In this document: positions 38,165 through 48,097 of the stretch, one piece after another
Numbering within the stretch: the first letter of the stretch is position 1
Layout: each line of letters opens with the position of its first letter
Made by a program: the position numbers and the translations under genes
Assembly (NCBI GenBank): GCA_905235605.1
Contig: CAJOMF010000012.1
Coordinates: forward strand, 1-57,992
Direction: 5' to 3'
DNA: 57,992 bases
Origin: an uncultured bacterium
Lineage (GTDB): Bacteria; UBP6; UBA1177
Notes under the pieces: generated by a model
The model's input: the letters and a program-made list of their open reading frames with translations, nothing else
The model's database searches: none
Told to the model about the DNA's origin: nothing

Positions 38165-38941
38165 ATGAATAAAGACCTGACTGCTTCAAGGATAGATCGG
38201 CAGAATATTTTGAATAATGAAATGGCTATTGAAGAAATTCAAGATAAGTCCGGTATCGTTGGAATTGAGTGGGACGGCAAGACTTATCTGACAAAGGAAG
38301 CTGTTGCATCGTTTTTTGAGGTGGATATCAGAACGATTAGCCGATATATTGAACAGAATAATAATGAGTTGACAGAAAACGGATACGTTGTTCTTCGAGG
38401 AAAGCAATTGAAGAGTTTTCTTGCTACAGCTTCAGAATACTATGCTAAGGACATTAATGTCCCTAGCAAAATTAGTCAGCTGGGTCTTTTTGATTTCAAA
38501 GTATTTCTAAATATGGCGATGCTTTTGTCTGAAAGTGAAAAAGCCAGGGCTTTACGGCAACTTATGCTGGATATTGTTATTGATTTGATAAATCGGCGGA
38601 CTGGCGGAGGTACAAAATATATTAATCAGCGCGATAAAGATTTTATCGGGTCGTATTTGCAGGAAGAAAACTATAGAAGAGAATTTACGGATGCTCTTAA
38701 ACAATGCGTCGCAGAAGATCGTTACAAATACGCACATTTTACAGATATGATTTATGTGAGTATTTTTAAAGAAAAAGCACGTGAATATAAAAAGATACTT
38801 GATCTCAAAGCAAGTGAGAAGGTGAGAGATACTTTCTATAGTGAAATCCTTGATATTATTGCTGCGTATGAAAGCGGATTGGCAGATGCTATAAAGTCAG
38901 ATGAAGAATTGAAATTGGCAATTATTAAAGCAATTCAATAA
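38165..38941 (+). CDS. Putative DNA-binding protein (ORF6N/KilA-N-like N-terminus), possibly C-terminally truncated
   Basis: LTKEAVASFFEVDIRTISRY HTH-like segment, GY.VLRGK.LK.F and AMLL.ESE.A..LR motifs resemble ORF6N-type antirepressor domains. Confidence 0.65.
   Translation: MNKDLTASRIDRQNILNNEMAIEEIQDKSGIVGIEWDGKTYLTKEAVASFFEVDIRTISRYIEQNNNELTENGYVVLRGKQLKSFLATASEYYAKDINVPSKISQLGLFDFKVFLNMAMLLSESEKARALRQLMLDIVIDLINRRTGGGTKYINQRDKDFIGSYLQEENYRREFTDALKQCVAEDRYKYAHFTDMIYVSIFKEKAREYKKILDLKASEKVRDTFYSEILDIIAAYESGLADAIKSDEELKLAIIKAIQ
38443..38468. repeat. Intragenic palindrome, 13-bp arms with 1 mismatch; second copy at 57289
   Basis: TGCTAAGGACATT|AATGTCCCTAGCA, encoding AKDINVPS. Confidence 0.95.
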
Positions 38942-38959
38942 ATAACGTTTTTAACCTTT

Positions 38960-38988
38960 TTCGCATTTCCTAAAAAAATCAGTATAAT
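38960..38988 (+). promoter_or_regulatory. Promoter of vioA copy 1
   Basis: TTCGCA-17 bp-TATAAT; TCGCATTTCCTAAAAAAATCAGTATAATG is repeated at 57324-57352. Confidence 0.7.
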
Positions 38989-39014
38989 GGGGCGGTTTTT
39001 TGAAGGAGAGCACC

Positions 39015-40124
39015 ATGACCATAAACGTTACCCGTTCCTCGATGCCGGGTTTTGAAGAGTATTGCGAGGAGATAAAAGAGCTTTGGGAGAGCCGCTGGCT
39101 TACGAATTCAGGGGCAAAGCACCAGAAATTTCAGGCTGAGCTTGAAAAAATGCTGGGAGTGCCGCATGTTGTGCTTTTTACGAACGGGCATCTGGCGCTT
39201 GAAAACATAATTGCGGCGTTCGGATTTCCGAAAGGGGCTGAAGTCATTACGACTCCTTTCACTTTCGCTTCGACGACTCATGCTATCGTGCGGAACGACC
39301 TTACTCCTGTTTTCTGCGATGTGAATCCTGAAAATTACACGATCGATGCTGATAAGATCGAGGCTCTGATAACCGAAAAAACGGTTGCGATAGTGCCTGT
39401 TCATGTTTACGGGAACATGTGCGATGTCGAAAAAATCGCCGGTATCGCGAAAAAGCACAACTTGAAGGTGATTTACGATGCGGCTCACGCTTTCGCGGTG
39501 AAATACAAAGGCATTAGTTCGGCTTGTTTCGGTGATGCTTCGATGTTCAGTTTCCATGCGACCAAGGTTTTCAACACGATCGAAGGGGGCGCGGTCTGTT
39601 TTTCGGACGATCCGCTTGTGGACAAACTTAACAGCATGAAAAATTTCGGCATAACGAGCCCTGAAAGTGTCGGATTTGTCGGCGGGAATGCGAAAATGAG
39701 CGAGTTTCAGGCGGCGATGGGGATTTGCAACCTGCGTCATCTTGAAGGGGAAATCGCAAAACGGAAAGCTGTAGTAGAACGCTACTTTAGTCATCTTGAC
39801 GGAGTGAAAGGGATAAAACTTTGCAAAACTGATAAGGACGTCACGCCGAATTATGCTTATTTCCCGGTCGTTTTCGACGGTTTCGGAGCAACGAGAGACG
39901 AAATCTTCGCAAAACTCGGGGAAAACGGCATTATGGCGAGGAAATATTTCTATCCGCTGACGAATTCGTTCGAGTGTTACCGTGATTTTCCGACTGCCGG
40001 CAGCGAAAAAACGCCGGTCGCCGCATACTTTGCCGACAGGGTGCTGACACTTCCGCTTTATGCAGATCTTGCGTTGGAAGATGTCGATAAAATTTGTGAG
40101 ATAATTTTGAACTGCAGGAGATAA
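39015..40124 (+). CDS. vioA: DegT-family aminotransferase, VioA-like (dTDP-4-amino-4,6-dideoxyglucose)
   Basis: TTPFTFASTTHA, PVHVYG, YDAAHAF, SFHATKVFNTIEGG, NAKMSEFQAAMG and RKYFYP motifs. Confidence 0.85.
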   Translation: MTINVTRSSMPGFEEYCEEIKELWESRWLTNSGAKHQKFQAELEKMLGVPHVVLFTNGHLALENIIAAFGFPKGAEVITTPFTFASTTHAIVRNDLTPVFCDVNPENYTIDADKIEALITEKTVAIVPVHVYGNMCDVEKIAGIAKKHNLKVIYDAAHAFAVKYKGISSACFGDASMFSFHATKVFNTIEGGAVCFSDDPLVDKLNSMKNFGITSPESVGFVGGNAKMSEFQAAMGICNLRHLEGEIAKRKAVVERYFSHLDGVKGIKLCKTDKDVTPNYAYFPVVFDGFGATRDEIFAKLGENGIMARKYFYPLTNSFECYRDFPTAGSEKTPVAAYFADRVLTLPLYADLALEDVDKICEIILNCRR

Positions 40125-40126
40125 AA

Positions 40127-40327
40127 ATGAAAGGAATAATTCTTGCCGGCGGCAAAGGAACAAGGCTTTACCCGATTGTTCAAAAGGATGACGACGGTTA
40201 TTCCTCTTTGTCTGCACTTTCTGATTTTAAAGTGCGTTCAGATGCTTCGTTCGAAAAAGATTACCTTTCCGGAGTCTACGGCGGAATACCCATGCTGAAA
40301 GAATTTTCAATGAAAGCAGGGGAGTGA
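40127..40327 (+). pseudogene. rmlA: Chimeric remnant: rmlA 5' end fused to an RloA-like ATPase 3' end
   Basis: MKGIILAGGKGTRLYP is the RmlA N-terminus; VQKD..G.S.L.ALSDF...FEKDYL.G.YGGIP matches the C-terminus typical of the AAA ATPases that precede RloB. Confidence 0.85.
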
Positions 40328-40328
40328 A

Positions 40329-40997
40329 TTGAAGAAAGAAGATCTGTTTAAAAAGCGTCGCGAACCTCGCAAAAATAGAAGGTATGGCTTTAAAACTCCA
40401 AAGGCGAACTCTTACCTTATCGTGACGGAAGGAAAATGCACAGAACCGAATTATTTCAACGGATTAAAAAAAAGGATTCTAGATAATGTCGGCGGAAATG
40501 TAGAAGTTATAGATATTTCTGGAGAGGGTGCATCGACCCAAAAACTTATAGAGATCACAGATCAGCGTGTTAACCGAGCCAAAATTCCATATCAGAATAT
40601 TTGGGTAGTTTTTGACAAGGATGATTTTAAGGATTTTGATCAGGCGATCAGAGAAGGCGAAGACAGGGGATATAATGTCGCTTGGAGCAATCAGAGCTTT
40701 GAATATTGGATCTATCTGCATTTTGGATACAGCGATGCAGATCTGCATAGAGACCAATGGAATGCCAAGCTTGATGAGCTGTTTAAATCTAAAGGGCTTT
40801 CAAAATCAGGATATAAGAAAAATATCAATGACCTTTATGAGCTGCTGGATTCCTTCGGCGGTGTTCAGAAAGCAATAAACAATGCAAAAAATAGAATGAA
40901 GGAATTTAAATCTAAAAAATCTAAACCATCGGAATATGCTCCAGGAACAACCGTGCATATTCTTGTGGAAGAGTTGCGGGGTTATTTAGAGTATTAG
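40329..40997 (+). CDS. rloB: RloB-family protein
   Basis: IVTEG..TEPNYF, WVVFDKD, SNQSFEYW..LHF and P.T.VH.LVE motifs. Confidence 0.9.
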   Translation: MKKEDLFKKRREPRKNRRYGFKTPKANSYLIVTEGKCTEPNYFNGLKKRILDNVGGNVEVIDISGEGASTQKLIEITDQRVNRAKIPYQNIWVVFDKDDFKDFDQAIREGEDRGYNVAWSNQSFEYWIYLHFGYSDADLHRDQWNAKLDELFKSKGLSKSGYKKNINDLYELLDSFGGVQKAINNAKNRMKEFKSKKSKPSEYAPGTTVHILVEELRGYLEY

Positions 40998-41031
40998 GAG
41001 CGGTGGAAAGAAAACTGGATGAGTGAGGGGG

Positions 41032-43287
41032 ATGAAACTCGTATTTTCTTCGATAAAAAATGGGACAATATTTGAACCTGATTTTCAGAATTTGACTCCT
41101 GATGTGGGAACCATTGAGTTTAAGCATATGAACACGCCAGGCGGTATCGCTGTTGTGTATGCCCCTAATGGTACCGGGAAGAGCAGTTTTGCAAAAGTGT
41201 TAGAAAAAGAAACAGCGAATGATTTGTCATTCGTAGCAACAGACGATATTGGAGCAACTATCACATTTAATGCATTCCACATTATCCAAGACCAGATAAA
41301 TCGAAATGTTATTCCAGGAAAAGAAACTGATTACTTGATTGGGCAACAAATCAGAAGAGAATATGAACTGCGAAACAGAATAAATTCCGCTTTTGATACC
41401 GTCTATAAAAAGTTGCCTGGGAAATACAAGAGTGATTTTAAAGTTTCCAAGGTCGAAGACTATCTTCTTACACAGATAGGGACACTTCAAAATCTACCTT
41501 ATCCTACAGCGTTTAAATACATGAGGTGCATCATCAATATTCATTCACACGGAACAAATATCGATCAGGCAGAGTTTCTCTCTTTTATTCGAAATGACAA
41601 TAACAGGCCAAACTTGACTGAGCTGGACACAGACAAGAAAACATGGGTTATTGCTGATTGCAGTGGAAAATCCAAAATAGTAAAGCGAATTATCGGGCTT
41701 GATTGTAACAAGATTGTAGCAAATCAGGGGACAGCACAGATTGAAAGGCATGATGATGCAATTGGTATTTTAGAAAAATATCACTCTTTGGACTCCTGCA
41801 TAGTTTGTGATAATCATGATTTTAATGGAGACGACCTGTTAACCAGAAAGAAAGAAAATCGCAAACGTATTTACGATGGTTTGGATCAAAACACAAAAGA
41901 ATTGCTGGATAAGGTCATAAAGGACAGTAGCCTTGTTTCTTCTGACCCATTTGATATTAAACGTATTGTGAGCGAGTTTGTCTCTGGCGGAGAGGCAATA
42001 GAACTGCATGAGCTTCAAAGTAATCTGAAGATGTATGTTCATGCCATAGGCGATGAAATGATAAATGTTCTATTTCATTGCTTTGACGACACTTCTCTTT
42101 TCCAGGATTATGATGAGTATACAAAGCTTGTGTCTACACAGCCACAATTGGATTCAGAGGAACTTCTTTTCATAGAGGATGTTATCAACGAGAATATCGG
42201 TAAAGACATTACCATTGAGCGGGATCCTGACAGCAAAAACTATAAGCTGAAACTGGGCGATAAGGATCTGTTGGGAATTGACCGCAGCTCTATGGAGCTT
42301 AGCTCTGGAGAACAGAACTTCATATCACTAGCTTTCGAACTGTTGCTGGCACGGCACTCTAATAAGGAATATGTTGTACTAGATGATCCGATCTCAAGCT
42401 TTGATTCAGTGTATAAGAACAAGATAGCTTTTTGCATCATCAAATTCCTTGATAAAAAGAAGCAAATCGTACTTACTCACAATACCGATTTGATTCGACT
42501 CTTAAATGTGCAGCTTAGCAATTGTTTCAACCTATACATTCTCAACAATGTAGAAAATGGACGTAATGGTTTTATTCCTGTCAATGCGCAAGAAAAAGCC
42601 ATGCTGATAAACTTACATGAATTGGTGAAGTTCTTCCAGAATAAATGCAAACAACTTGCTCCGGCTATTAGAAATCGTAGACAATTCCTTATGGCTATGA
42701 TTCCCTTCATGCGTGGATATGCTCATGTGAGCTTGGATCTAGATGATGATTATGGAACGCTTTCAGATATCATGCATGGATATGGAAGCGGAAAAGTAGA
42801 TGTTGTTCCTATCTATAAGAAACTTTTCGGGTATGACTTCGGTGGAACAGAAAAAATCTCTGTTGATGATATATTGAATATAGATTGCACTGCGCTTGAT
42901 ATTCTTGATGGGACTAAATTCCCTTTGCTATCTGATACGCTCAAGCAGACTCTTATTTATTATCATCTTCGGATGAAAGTGGAAAAAGTGCTAGTTGATG
43001 CATTTAGAATCGATGCTCATGATATGGATACGCTTAATCAGATTATTCAGAGAGCGTTTCGAAGAGAACTTGACAATGATGAGCGGAACAGAAATCTGCG
43101 TGTGTTTTTTACAAGTCGGAAAACTCTTCTGAATGAGTTTAATCACTTTGAAGGCAACATGAATATCTTTCAGCCGGCTATAGATATTACTCAGGCTGCA
43201 CTTCAAAAGGAAATTGGTGATATAAAAAATAAGCTCGTCGAAGTTCAAACATTTGCTAATGGTACACAATGGCAGATCGCAAAATAA
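41032..43287 (+). CDS. ABC/SMC-type ATPase with zinc hook (AAA_13/RloC-like)
   Basis: YAPNGTGKSS Walker A, central CIVC, LSSGEQ signature, LDDPISSFD Walker B, LTHN; C-terminal RKTLLNEFNH resembles a HEPN motif. Confidence 0.75.
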   Translation: MKLVFSSIKNGTIFEPDFQNLTPDVGTIEFKHMNTPGGIAVVYAPNGTGKSSFAKVLEKETANDLSFVATDDIGATITFNAFHIIQDQINRNVIPGKETDYLIGQQIRREYELRNRINSAFDTVYKKLPGKYKSDFKVSKVEDYLLTQIGTLQNLPYPTAFKYMRCIINIHSHGTNIDQAEFLSFIRNDNNRPNLTELDTDKKTWVIADCSGKSKIVKRIIGLDCNKIVANQGTAQIERHDDAIGILEKYHSLDSCIVCDNHDFNGDDLLTRKKENRKRIYDGLDQNTKELLDKVIKDSSLVSSDPFDIKRIVSEFVSGGEAIELHELQSNLKMYVHAIGDEMINVLFHCFDDTSLFQDYDEYTKLVSTQPQLDSEELLFIEDVINENIGKDITIERDPDSKNYKLKLGDKDLLGIDRSSMELSSGEQNFISLAFELLLARHSNKEYVVLDDPISSFDSVYKNKIAFCIIKFLDKKKQIVLTHNTDLIRLLNVQLSNCFNLYILNNVENGRNGFIPVNAQEKAMLINLHELVKFFQNKCKQLAPAIRNRRQFLMAMIPFMRGYAHVSLDLDDDYGTLSDIMHGYGSGKVDVVPIYKKLFGYDFGGTEKISVDDILNIDCTALDILDGTKFPLLSDTLKQTLIYYHLRMKVEKVLVDAFRIDAHDMDTLNQIIQRAFRRELDNDERNRNLRVFFTSRKTLLNEFNHFEGNMNIFQPAIDITQAALQKEIGDIKNKLVEVQTFANGTQWQIAK

Positions 43288-43413
43288 AAAATGTAACGTG
43301 GAAGGAAGTGTAGGGGATTGTGAGGTAGATAATGAAAAAGTATGGATTCCTTTTTGGAGCAGGAGCAAAGGTCTCTGAAATATAGCTAACTTATATAATT
43401 TACGGGGGTAAAA

Positions 43414-43749
43414 ATGGGAAAACAGAAAATTGTGAAGGAAGAGAAAAATACGCCTGTATACACTACCGTCGCAACAATTACCAAAATTGAAAAAGACGGT
43501 GTCCGCATCAAGGGCTTTGGCAAATACCTTTATGAGGATTCCAACAAACAACAGTGGAATATTTTGGAAGGTAATGGAGATCCTAAATTGCTGCCAACGG
43601 ATAAACCTCAAATAATTGCTGATGCTTTGATTAAAGATTCTGTTGCTGTGCAGTTGCTTGCCTTGTCAATGTTCCACAAGAAACCACTGAAATTGACGAT
43701 CGAAGAAGAAGACAAAAAATATTCTATTACTGCTGTAGAGGTCGAGTAA
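43414..43749 (+). CDS. Small hypothetical protein coupled to the FRG gene
   Basis: GGGGG RBS-like sequence; TAATG stop/start overlap with the next gene. Confidence 0.65.
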   Translation: MGKQKIVKEEKNTPVYTTVATITKIEKDGVRIKGFGKYLYEDSNKQQWNILEGNGDPKLLPTDKPQIIADALIKDSVAVQLLALSMFHKKPLKLTIEEEDKKYSITAVEVE

Positions 43750-44687
43750 TGGCGGAATACCACGATATTTACTCTGTTGTCGATTACATCGAAGCGATAA
43801 AAAATTTTAAGCGTTACGGTGTTAATGGTTCACGCAGAGAAGATACCCGCCTGTATTATCGTGGTGAGCCGGCTGATTATGGAGAAACAGCTGGAACTCC
43901 TTCAATTGCTCGAGGCGAATGGTTGGAAGGCAACAACGAATCGACTTTGTTCCGGGAATGCGAGCGCCGATTGCCGCGTGAATTTGCCAACTGCAAGACG
44001 ACTTTCGAAAAATTGGTGCTTATGCAGCATTATCAAATCCGCACACGCTTGCTGGATGTGTCATTTGGACCTTTGCAGGCTCTGTTTTTCGCGCTTTATA
44101 TCGATCCAAAGAGCAAACAGGACGATTTTTGCGATAGTATAGTTCTGGTGTATGAAATCCCGGATGAAGCCATTTGTTCGTGGCATTCCGACAAGGTGAG
44201 CGTCATTTCAAACATCGCCGTTTACGCATACGATGATTTGGACATCTGGGATTTACCGTATAATGAAGAATCAACAAAGTTGTTCGATAAAAAGGATTCT
44301 TTTAATGAAAATGAAAAAATACAGCAATTAGTTCATGAAATCAGGGCCGAAAAACCCTATTTCATAAACAGGATCATAAAAAGTCACATGGAATCTATTT
44401 ACTGTGTGCATCCGTTACTGGATAACCCTCGTATCAGGGCGCAACAAGGGGCGCTCCTTCTGTTTGGAATGGATGGCGACAAGCATCACTTGGCGACGCT
44501 GGAATCAAACAAAGGTCCGAAAATCAGCATGGCTAAAATCCGCATTCCGCAAGGAGCCAAAACCCGCATCCGTGAAGAATTGGAACTGCTCAGCCAAACA
44601 GTAGACACTATCTATCCTGACTGGCAGGGCGTTTCCGATTATTTTGAACGTTTCTCCGGTAAAAAAGCAGAAGATTTTTATAAGTGA
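43749..44687 (+). CDS. FRG-domain protein
   Basis: YYRGE, MQHY..RTRLLD.S...L.ALFFA and NPRIRAQQG.FL-like motifs. Confidence 0.9.
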   Translation: MAEYHDIYSVVDYIEAIKNFKRYGVNGSRREDTRLYYRGEPADYGETAGTPSIARGEWLEGNNESTLFRECERRLPREFANCKTTFEKLVLMQHYQIRTRLLDVSFGPLQALFFALYIDPKSKQDDFCDSIVLVYEIPDEAICSWHSDKVSVISNIAVYAYDDLDIWDLPYNEESTKLFDKKDSFNENEKIQQLVHEIRAEKPYFINRIIKSHMESIYCVHPLLDNPRIRAQQGALLLFGMDGDKHHLATLESNKGPKISMAKIRIPQGAKTRIREELELLSQTVDTIYPDWQGVSDYFERFSGKKAEDFYK

Positions 44688-44809
44688 AAAAGAAACGAAC
44701 AGGTGGGTATTGGAAAACTTTTTGGAATTTTAGAATGCCTTGAAAAAATCGAATAATTCAATAAAATCCATATTCGCCTTATCGGCTCTTGTTACATGGA
44801 GGTGTTGAT

Positions 44810-45892
44810 ATGTTGGAAAATATTAAATTCCAAAATTTCAGAGGATTTAAAAGCCTGGATTTGTCCGGTCTTTCGCAAATTACATTGTTGGCCGGAAAGA
44901 ACAGTGCCGGAAAGAGTTCCGTTCTCGAAGGAATTTTTCTTATTATGGCATCTTCTTTACCGGATATTTTTGAAAAATTAAGAAAAATTCGTGGTTTGCC
45001 TGTTCCGCCTGATATAACGAAACTGTGGGAACCACTATTTTATCATTGCGATACATCAAAGCCAATCGAAATATCTGTGAACTATCAGGAAAAACATATA
45101 AATCTCAAATACGAGAGGGATGATGCTTTTTCAACTTTGGACACGAATCAAAATATTCTGAATACTTTTATTACATTTGGTAGTCCTGCAGCATCAGATT
45201 ACACCCTCCGTTATACTTTTTCTGTCGATGAAGTTACTCAAAACGGGCATATATTTCAGAATCCTGCGATAGGTCCTTACGGGGTGCTCGCGATGAATAA
45301 AAATAATAAAGTAAATCTTGCGGCTATTCCAAATACGCAAATTGTTAAATTTGTATCTGTTGAGAGAATGGATGATCTAGAACTTGCTGAATGGTTGGGA
45401 AAGCTTGAATTAAATAGAGAACGCAAACTGATAATTGAGGCTCTCCAAATAATTGATCCTGATATTATTGACATCAAGGCCATAGTTCAACAGAGATATA
45501 CTCAACTTTACCTTATGACAAAAAGCTCATCTCTTCCTTTAAAACTGGCCGGAGACGGTATGTGCAAGCTTCTATATTTTGTGTTAAGTGTTTTAAGCAA
45601 CCCGAATTCGATCGTCTTGATAGATGAGATAGAAAATGGTTTCCATTATTCCATACAAGAGTCCCTGTGGGAAAAACTCGCAGAAGCTGCAAAAAGGAGC
45701 AATACACAAATTATTGCTACAACTCATAGTTATGAATGTATACAAAACGCGGTGGCAGGGATTGCCAAAGCTGGAATGTCTGAAAACTTTAGTCTTCACC
45801 GGATTGACAAAATAGGTGAAGAGAGCCGTGCAACCCGCTATTCAGGAGAACTTGTAAAATATGCAGTAGATTCCTTGATGGAGGTGCGGTAA
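44810..45892 (+). CDS. AAA_15/AAA_21 ABC-type ATPase
   Basis: NFRGF, GKNSAGKSS, GDG signature, LIDEIENGFH and TTHSYE motifs. Confidence 0.88.
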   Translation: MLENIKFQNFRGFKSLDLSGLSQITLLAGKNSAGKSSVLEGIFLIMASSLPDIFEKLRKIRGLPVPPDITKLWEPLFYHCDTSKPIEISVNYQEKHINLKYERDDAFSTLDTNQNILNTFITFGSPAASDYTLRYTFSVDEVTQNGHIFQNPAIGPYGVLAMNKNNKVNLAAIPNTQIVKFVSVERMDDLELAEWLGKLELNRERKLIIEALQIIDPDIIDIKAIVQQRYTQLYLMTKSSSLPLKLAGDGMCKLLYFVLSVLSNPNSIVLIDEIENGFHYSIQESLWEKLAEAAKRSNTQIIATTHSYECIQNAVAGIAKAGMSENFSLHRIDKIGEESRATRYSGELVKYAVDSLMEVR

Positions 45893-46557
45893 TGTCAGGC
45901 ACAGAAAACCGGTCTATTAAAAAAGGGATGCAGCACTTAATACTGTGTGAAGGAAAAGACGAGTGTTTGTTTATGATTTACTATCTAAACAGCCAAGCTT
46001 TGTCTTATAATAAGCAATACTCTGAAACTGTTCAGGTCGAAGATTTCGGTGGGAACGAAGATCTTTGCAATGCCCTGAAATCGTGGTCAAATGATCCTAA
46101 CTTCCTTGAACTGAAGTCGCTTGTTGTTGTTCGTGATGCAGAAAAGAATGCTCAGGCTGCTGTTGACAGTATCATAAATGCTTTTAAAAATGCCGATTTG
46201 CCGGTTCCTCCACGTTCTAATGAATTTAAAACGGGAAATGGCTTGAAGACAGGTTTTTTCCTGTTTCCAAAATGTTCTTCCGAACCTGTCAATGGAACTC
46301 TTGAAGATTTATGTTTTTCTATTTTAATGGAAAAAGAAGCTCCTATAAGTGAAATTGAAACTTTTCTTTCAGACTTGCAAACGCATAAAAACAGAACTTT
46401 TCCCCGTCCTTTTAAGACAAAACTGCACACATATTTTTCTATTACTGATAAATTCGTGTCGTTAAAGATCGGAGAAGCTGCTAAAGCAGGTGCCTTTGAT
46501 TGGAGTAGTCCTGAACTTGAGCCGATAAGGATTTTCTTGGACGAAATGTTGCAGTAG
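45892..46557 (+). CDS. DUF3226-like TOPRIM-fold partner of the ATPase
   Basis: LCEGKDE, GG, VRDAE and GTLEDLC motifs; TAATG overlap with the ATPase gene. Confidence 0.78.
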   Translation: MSGTENRSIKKGMQHLILCEGKDECLFMIYYLNSQALSYNKQYSETVQVEDFGGNEDLCNALKSWSNDPNFLELKSLVVVRDAEKNAQAAVDSIINAFKNADLPVPPRSNEFKTGNGLKTGFFLFPKCSSEPVNGTLEDLCFSILMEKEAPISEIETFLSDLQTHKNRTFPRPFKTKLHTYFSITDKFVSLKIGEAAKAGAFDWSSPELEPIRIFLDEMLQ

Positions 46558-46637
46558 GAAAAACTTATATGCTTTGGTCTAAAACTTTGATTTTCTTAAG
46601 TGATGGAAACAGTGCCAAACAGACTAAGGATTGTTGA

Positions 46638-48083
46638 ATGTCAGCCAGCATTAAAAATAAAGCATTTTCCAATATGCTCTGGCGTTTCATGGAACGCTCA
46701 GGAGCTCAAGCAGTGGCCTTTATTGTGCAGATCGTTCTTGCCCGCCTGCTTGCGCCGGAAGCATTCGGAATAATTGCGATAGTCACTGTTTTCATCAATA
46801 TTCTTCAGGTTTTTATCGACAGCGGCATGGGAAATGCCCTGATCCAGAAGAAGAATGCCGACGACCTCGATTTTTCGAGTGTTTTCTACTTCAACATGAC
46901 GGTGTGCATCGTGCTTTATGGGCTCATGTTCGCTGCGGCACCTTTCATTGCTGATTTTTATAGTATGCCGGACCTGACCCCGGTTGTCAGGGTTCTCAGC
47001 CTTATGCTCATAATTTCCGGTGTCAGAAACATCCAGCAGGCTTATGTCTCGCGCAACCTGATGTTTAAGAGGTTTTTCTATTCGACTTTGATCGGAACTG
47101 TTCTTGCAGCGGTTGTCGGAATCACGATGGCATACAAAGGTTTCGGTGTTTGGGCGGTTGTGGGGCAGCAGCTCACCCACTCGGCTTCGGCGGCTCTTAT
47201 TCTCTGGATTACTGTCAAGTGGCGGCCGAAACTCATGTTCTCTCTTGAGCGGCTGAAAGGGCTTTTTTCATTCGGCTGGAAGCTGCTTGTTTCTGCCTTG
47301 ATAGATACTGTTTATACCAATCTGCGGAAAATGATTATCGGTAAACTTTATACTGCTTCTGATTTGGCTTTTTATGACAGAGCGGCGCATTTCCCCAGGT
47401 TTATTGTTTTTAATATAAATACTTCGATTGACAGTGTTCTTCTTCCCACGATGTCAGCTGAGCAGGATGACAAGTCACGTGTCCGAGCCATGACAAGACG
47501 TGCAATAAAATCGAGCACTTATCTTATGATGCCGTGCATGGTTGGTCTTGCAGTGTGTGCGGAGCCGGTAGTTCGCCTGATACTTACCGAAAAATGGCTG
47601 CCGTGCGTGCCGTTTTTGAGGATTTTCTGCTTTACTTATGCATTTTATCCGATCCATACGGCAAACCTTAATGCTATCAAGGCGATAGGAAGAAGCGACC
47701 TTTTTTTGAAGCTTGAAATTTTGAAGAAAATTGTCGGATTGATCGCTATTGTTTCGACAATGTGGATAAGTGTTCTGGCTATGGCTTACAGTGCGCTTGC
47801 GGTATCCGTGCTCAGCCAGCTTATCAACTCTTGGCCAAACAAAAAATTGCTGAAATATAGTTATCTTGATCAGTTCAAGGATATGCTTCCGCAGATAACG
47901 CTTTCACTCGGCATGGGTGCGGTTGTTTACTGCGTAAGTTTTATCGGGTTTGGTGATATCCCGACACTCCTGATTCAGATTCCGCTCGGCGGAGTGCTTT
48001 ATATCGCCGGATCAAAGCTCTTTAAAATTGATAGTTTCGAGTATTTGTTTAGTATGATCAAAGGTTTTTTGAGACGTAAATAA
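46638..48083 (+). CDS. wzx: WzxC-family flippase (module 2)
   Basis: LARLLAPE.FG, DSGMGNALIQ, GFGVWA and IIGK.Y....L.FY motifs. Confidence 0.9.
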   Translation: MSASIKNKAFSNMLWRFMERSGAQAVAFIVQIVLARLLAPEAFGIIAIVTVFINILQVFIDSGMGNALIQKKNADDLDFSSVFYFNMTVCIVLYGLMFAAAPFIADFYSMPDLTPVVRVLSLMLIISGVRNIQQAYVSRNLMFKRFFYSTLIGTVLAAVVGITMAYKGFGVWAVVGQQLTHSASAALILWITVKWRPKLMFSLERLKGLFSFGWKLLVSALIDTVYTNLRKMIIGKLYTASDLAFYDRAAHFPRFIVFNINTSIDSVLLPTMSAEQDDKSRVRAMTRRAIKSSTYLMMPCMVGLAVCAEPVVRLILTEKWLPCVPFLRIFCFTYAFYPIHTANLNAIKAIGRSDLFLKLEILKKIVGLIAIVSTMWISVLAMAYSALAVSVLSQLINSWPNKKLLKYSYLDQFKDMLPQITLSLGMGAVVYCVSFIGFGDIPTLLIQIPLGGVLYIAGSKLFKIDSFEYLFSMIKGFLRRK

Positions 48084-48097
48084 TTGGAGATAAACAA

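Noticed and set aside
38972-38978. A7 tract in the vioA promoter spacer as a phase-variation switch
   Set aside because: Short, the same length in both copies, and common in AT-rich intergenic DNA here
39108-40217. 369-aa minus-strand ORF and its relative at 57429-57920
   Set aside because: Antisense shadows of the two vioA copies; their similarity only reflects the vioA duplication
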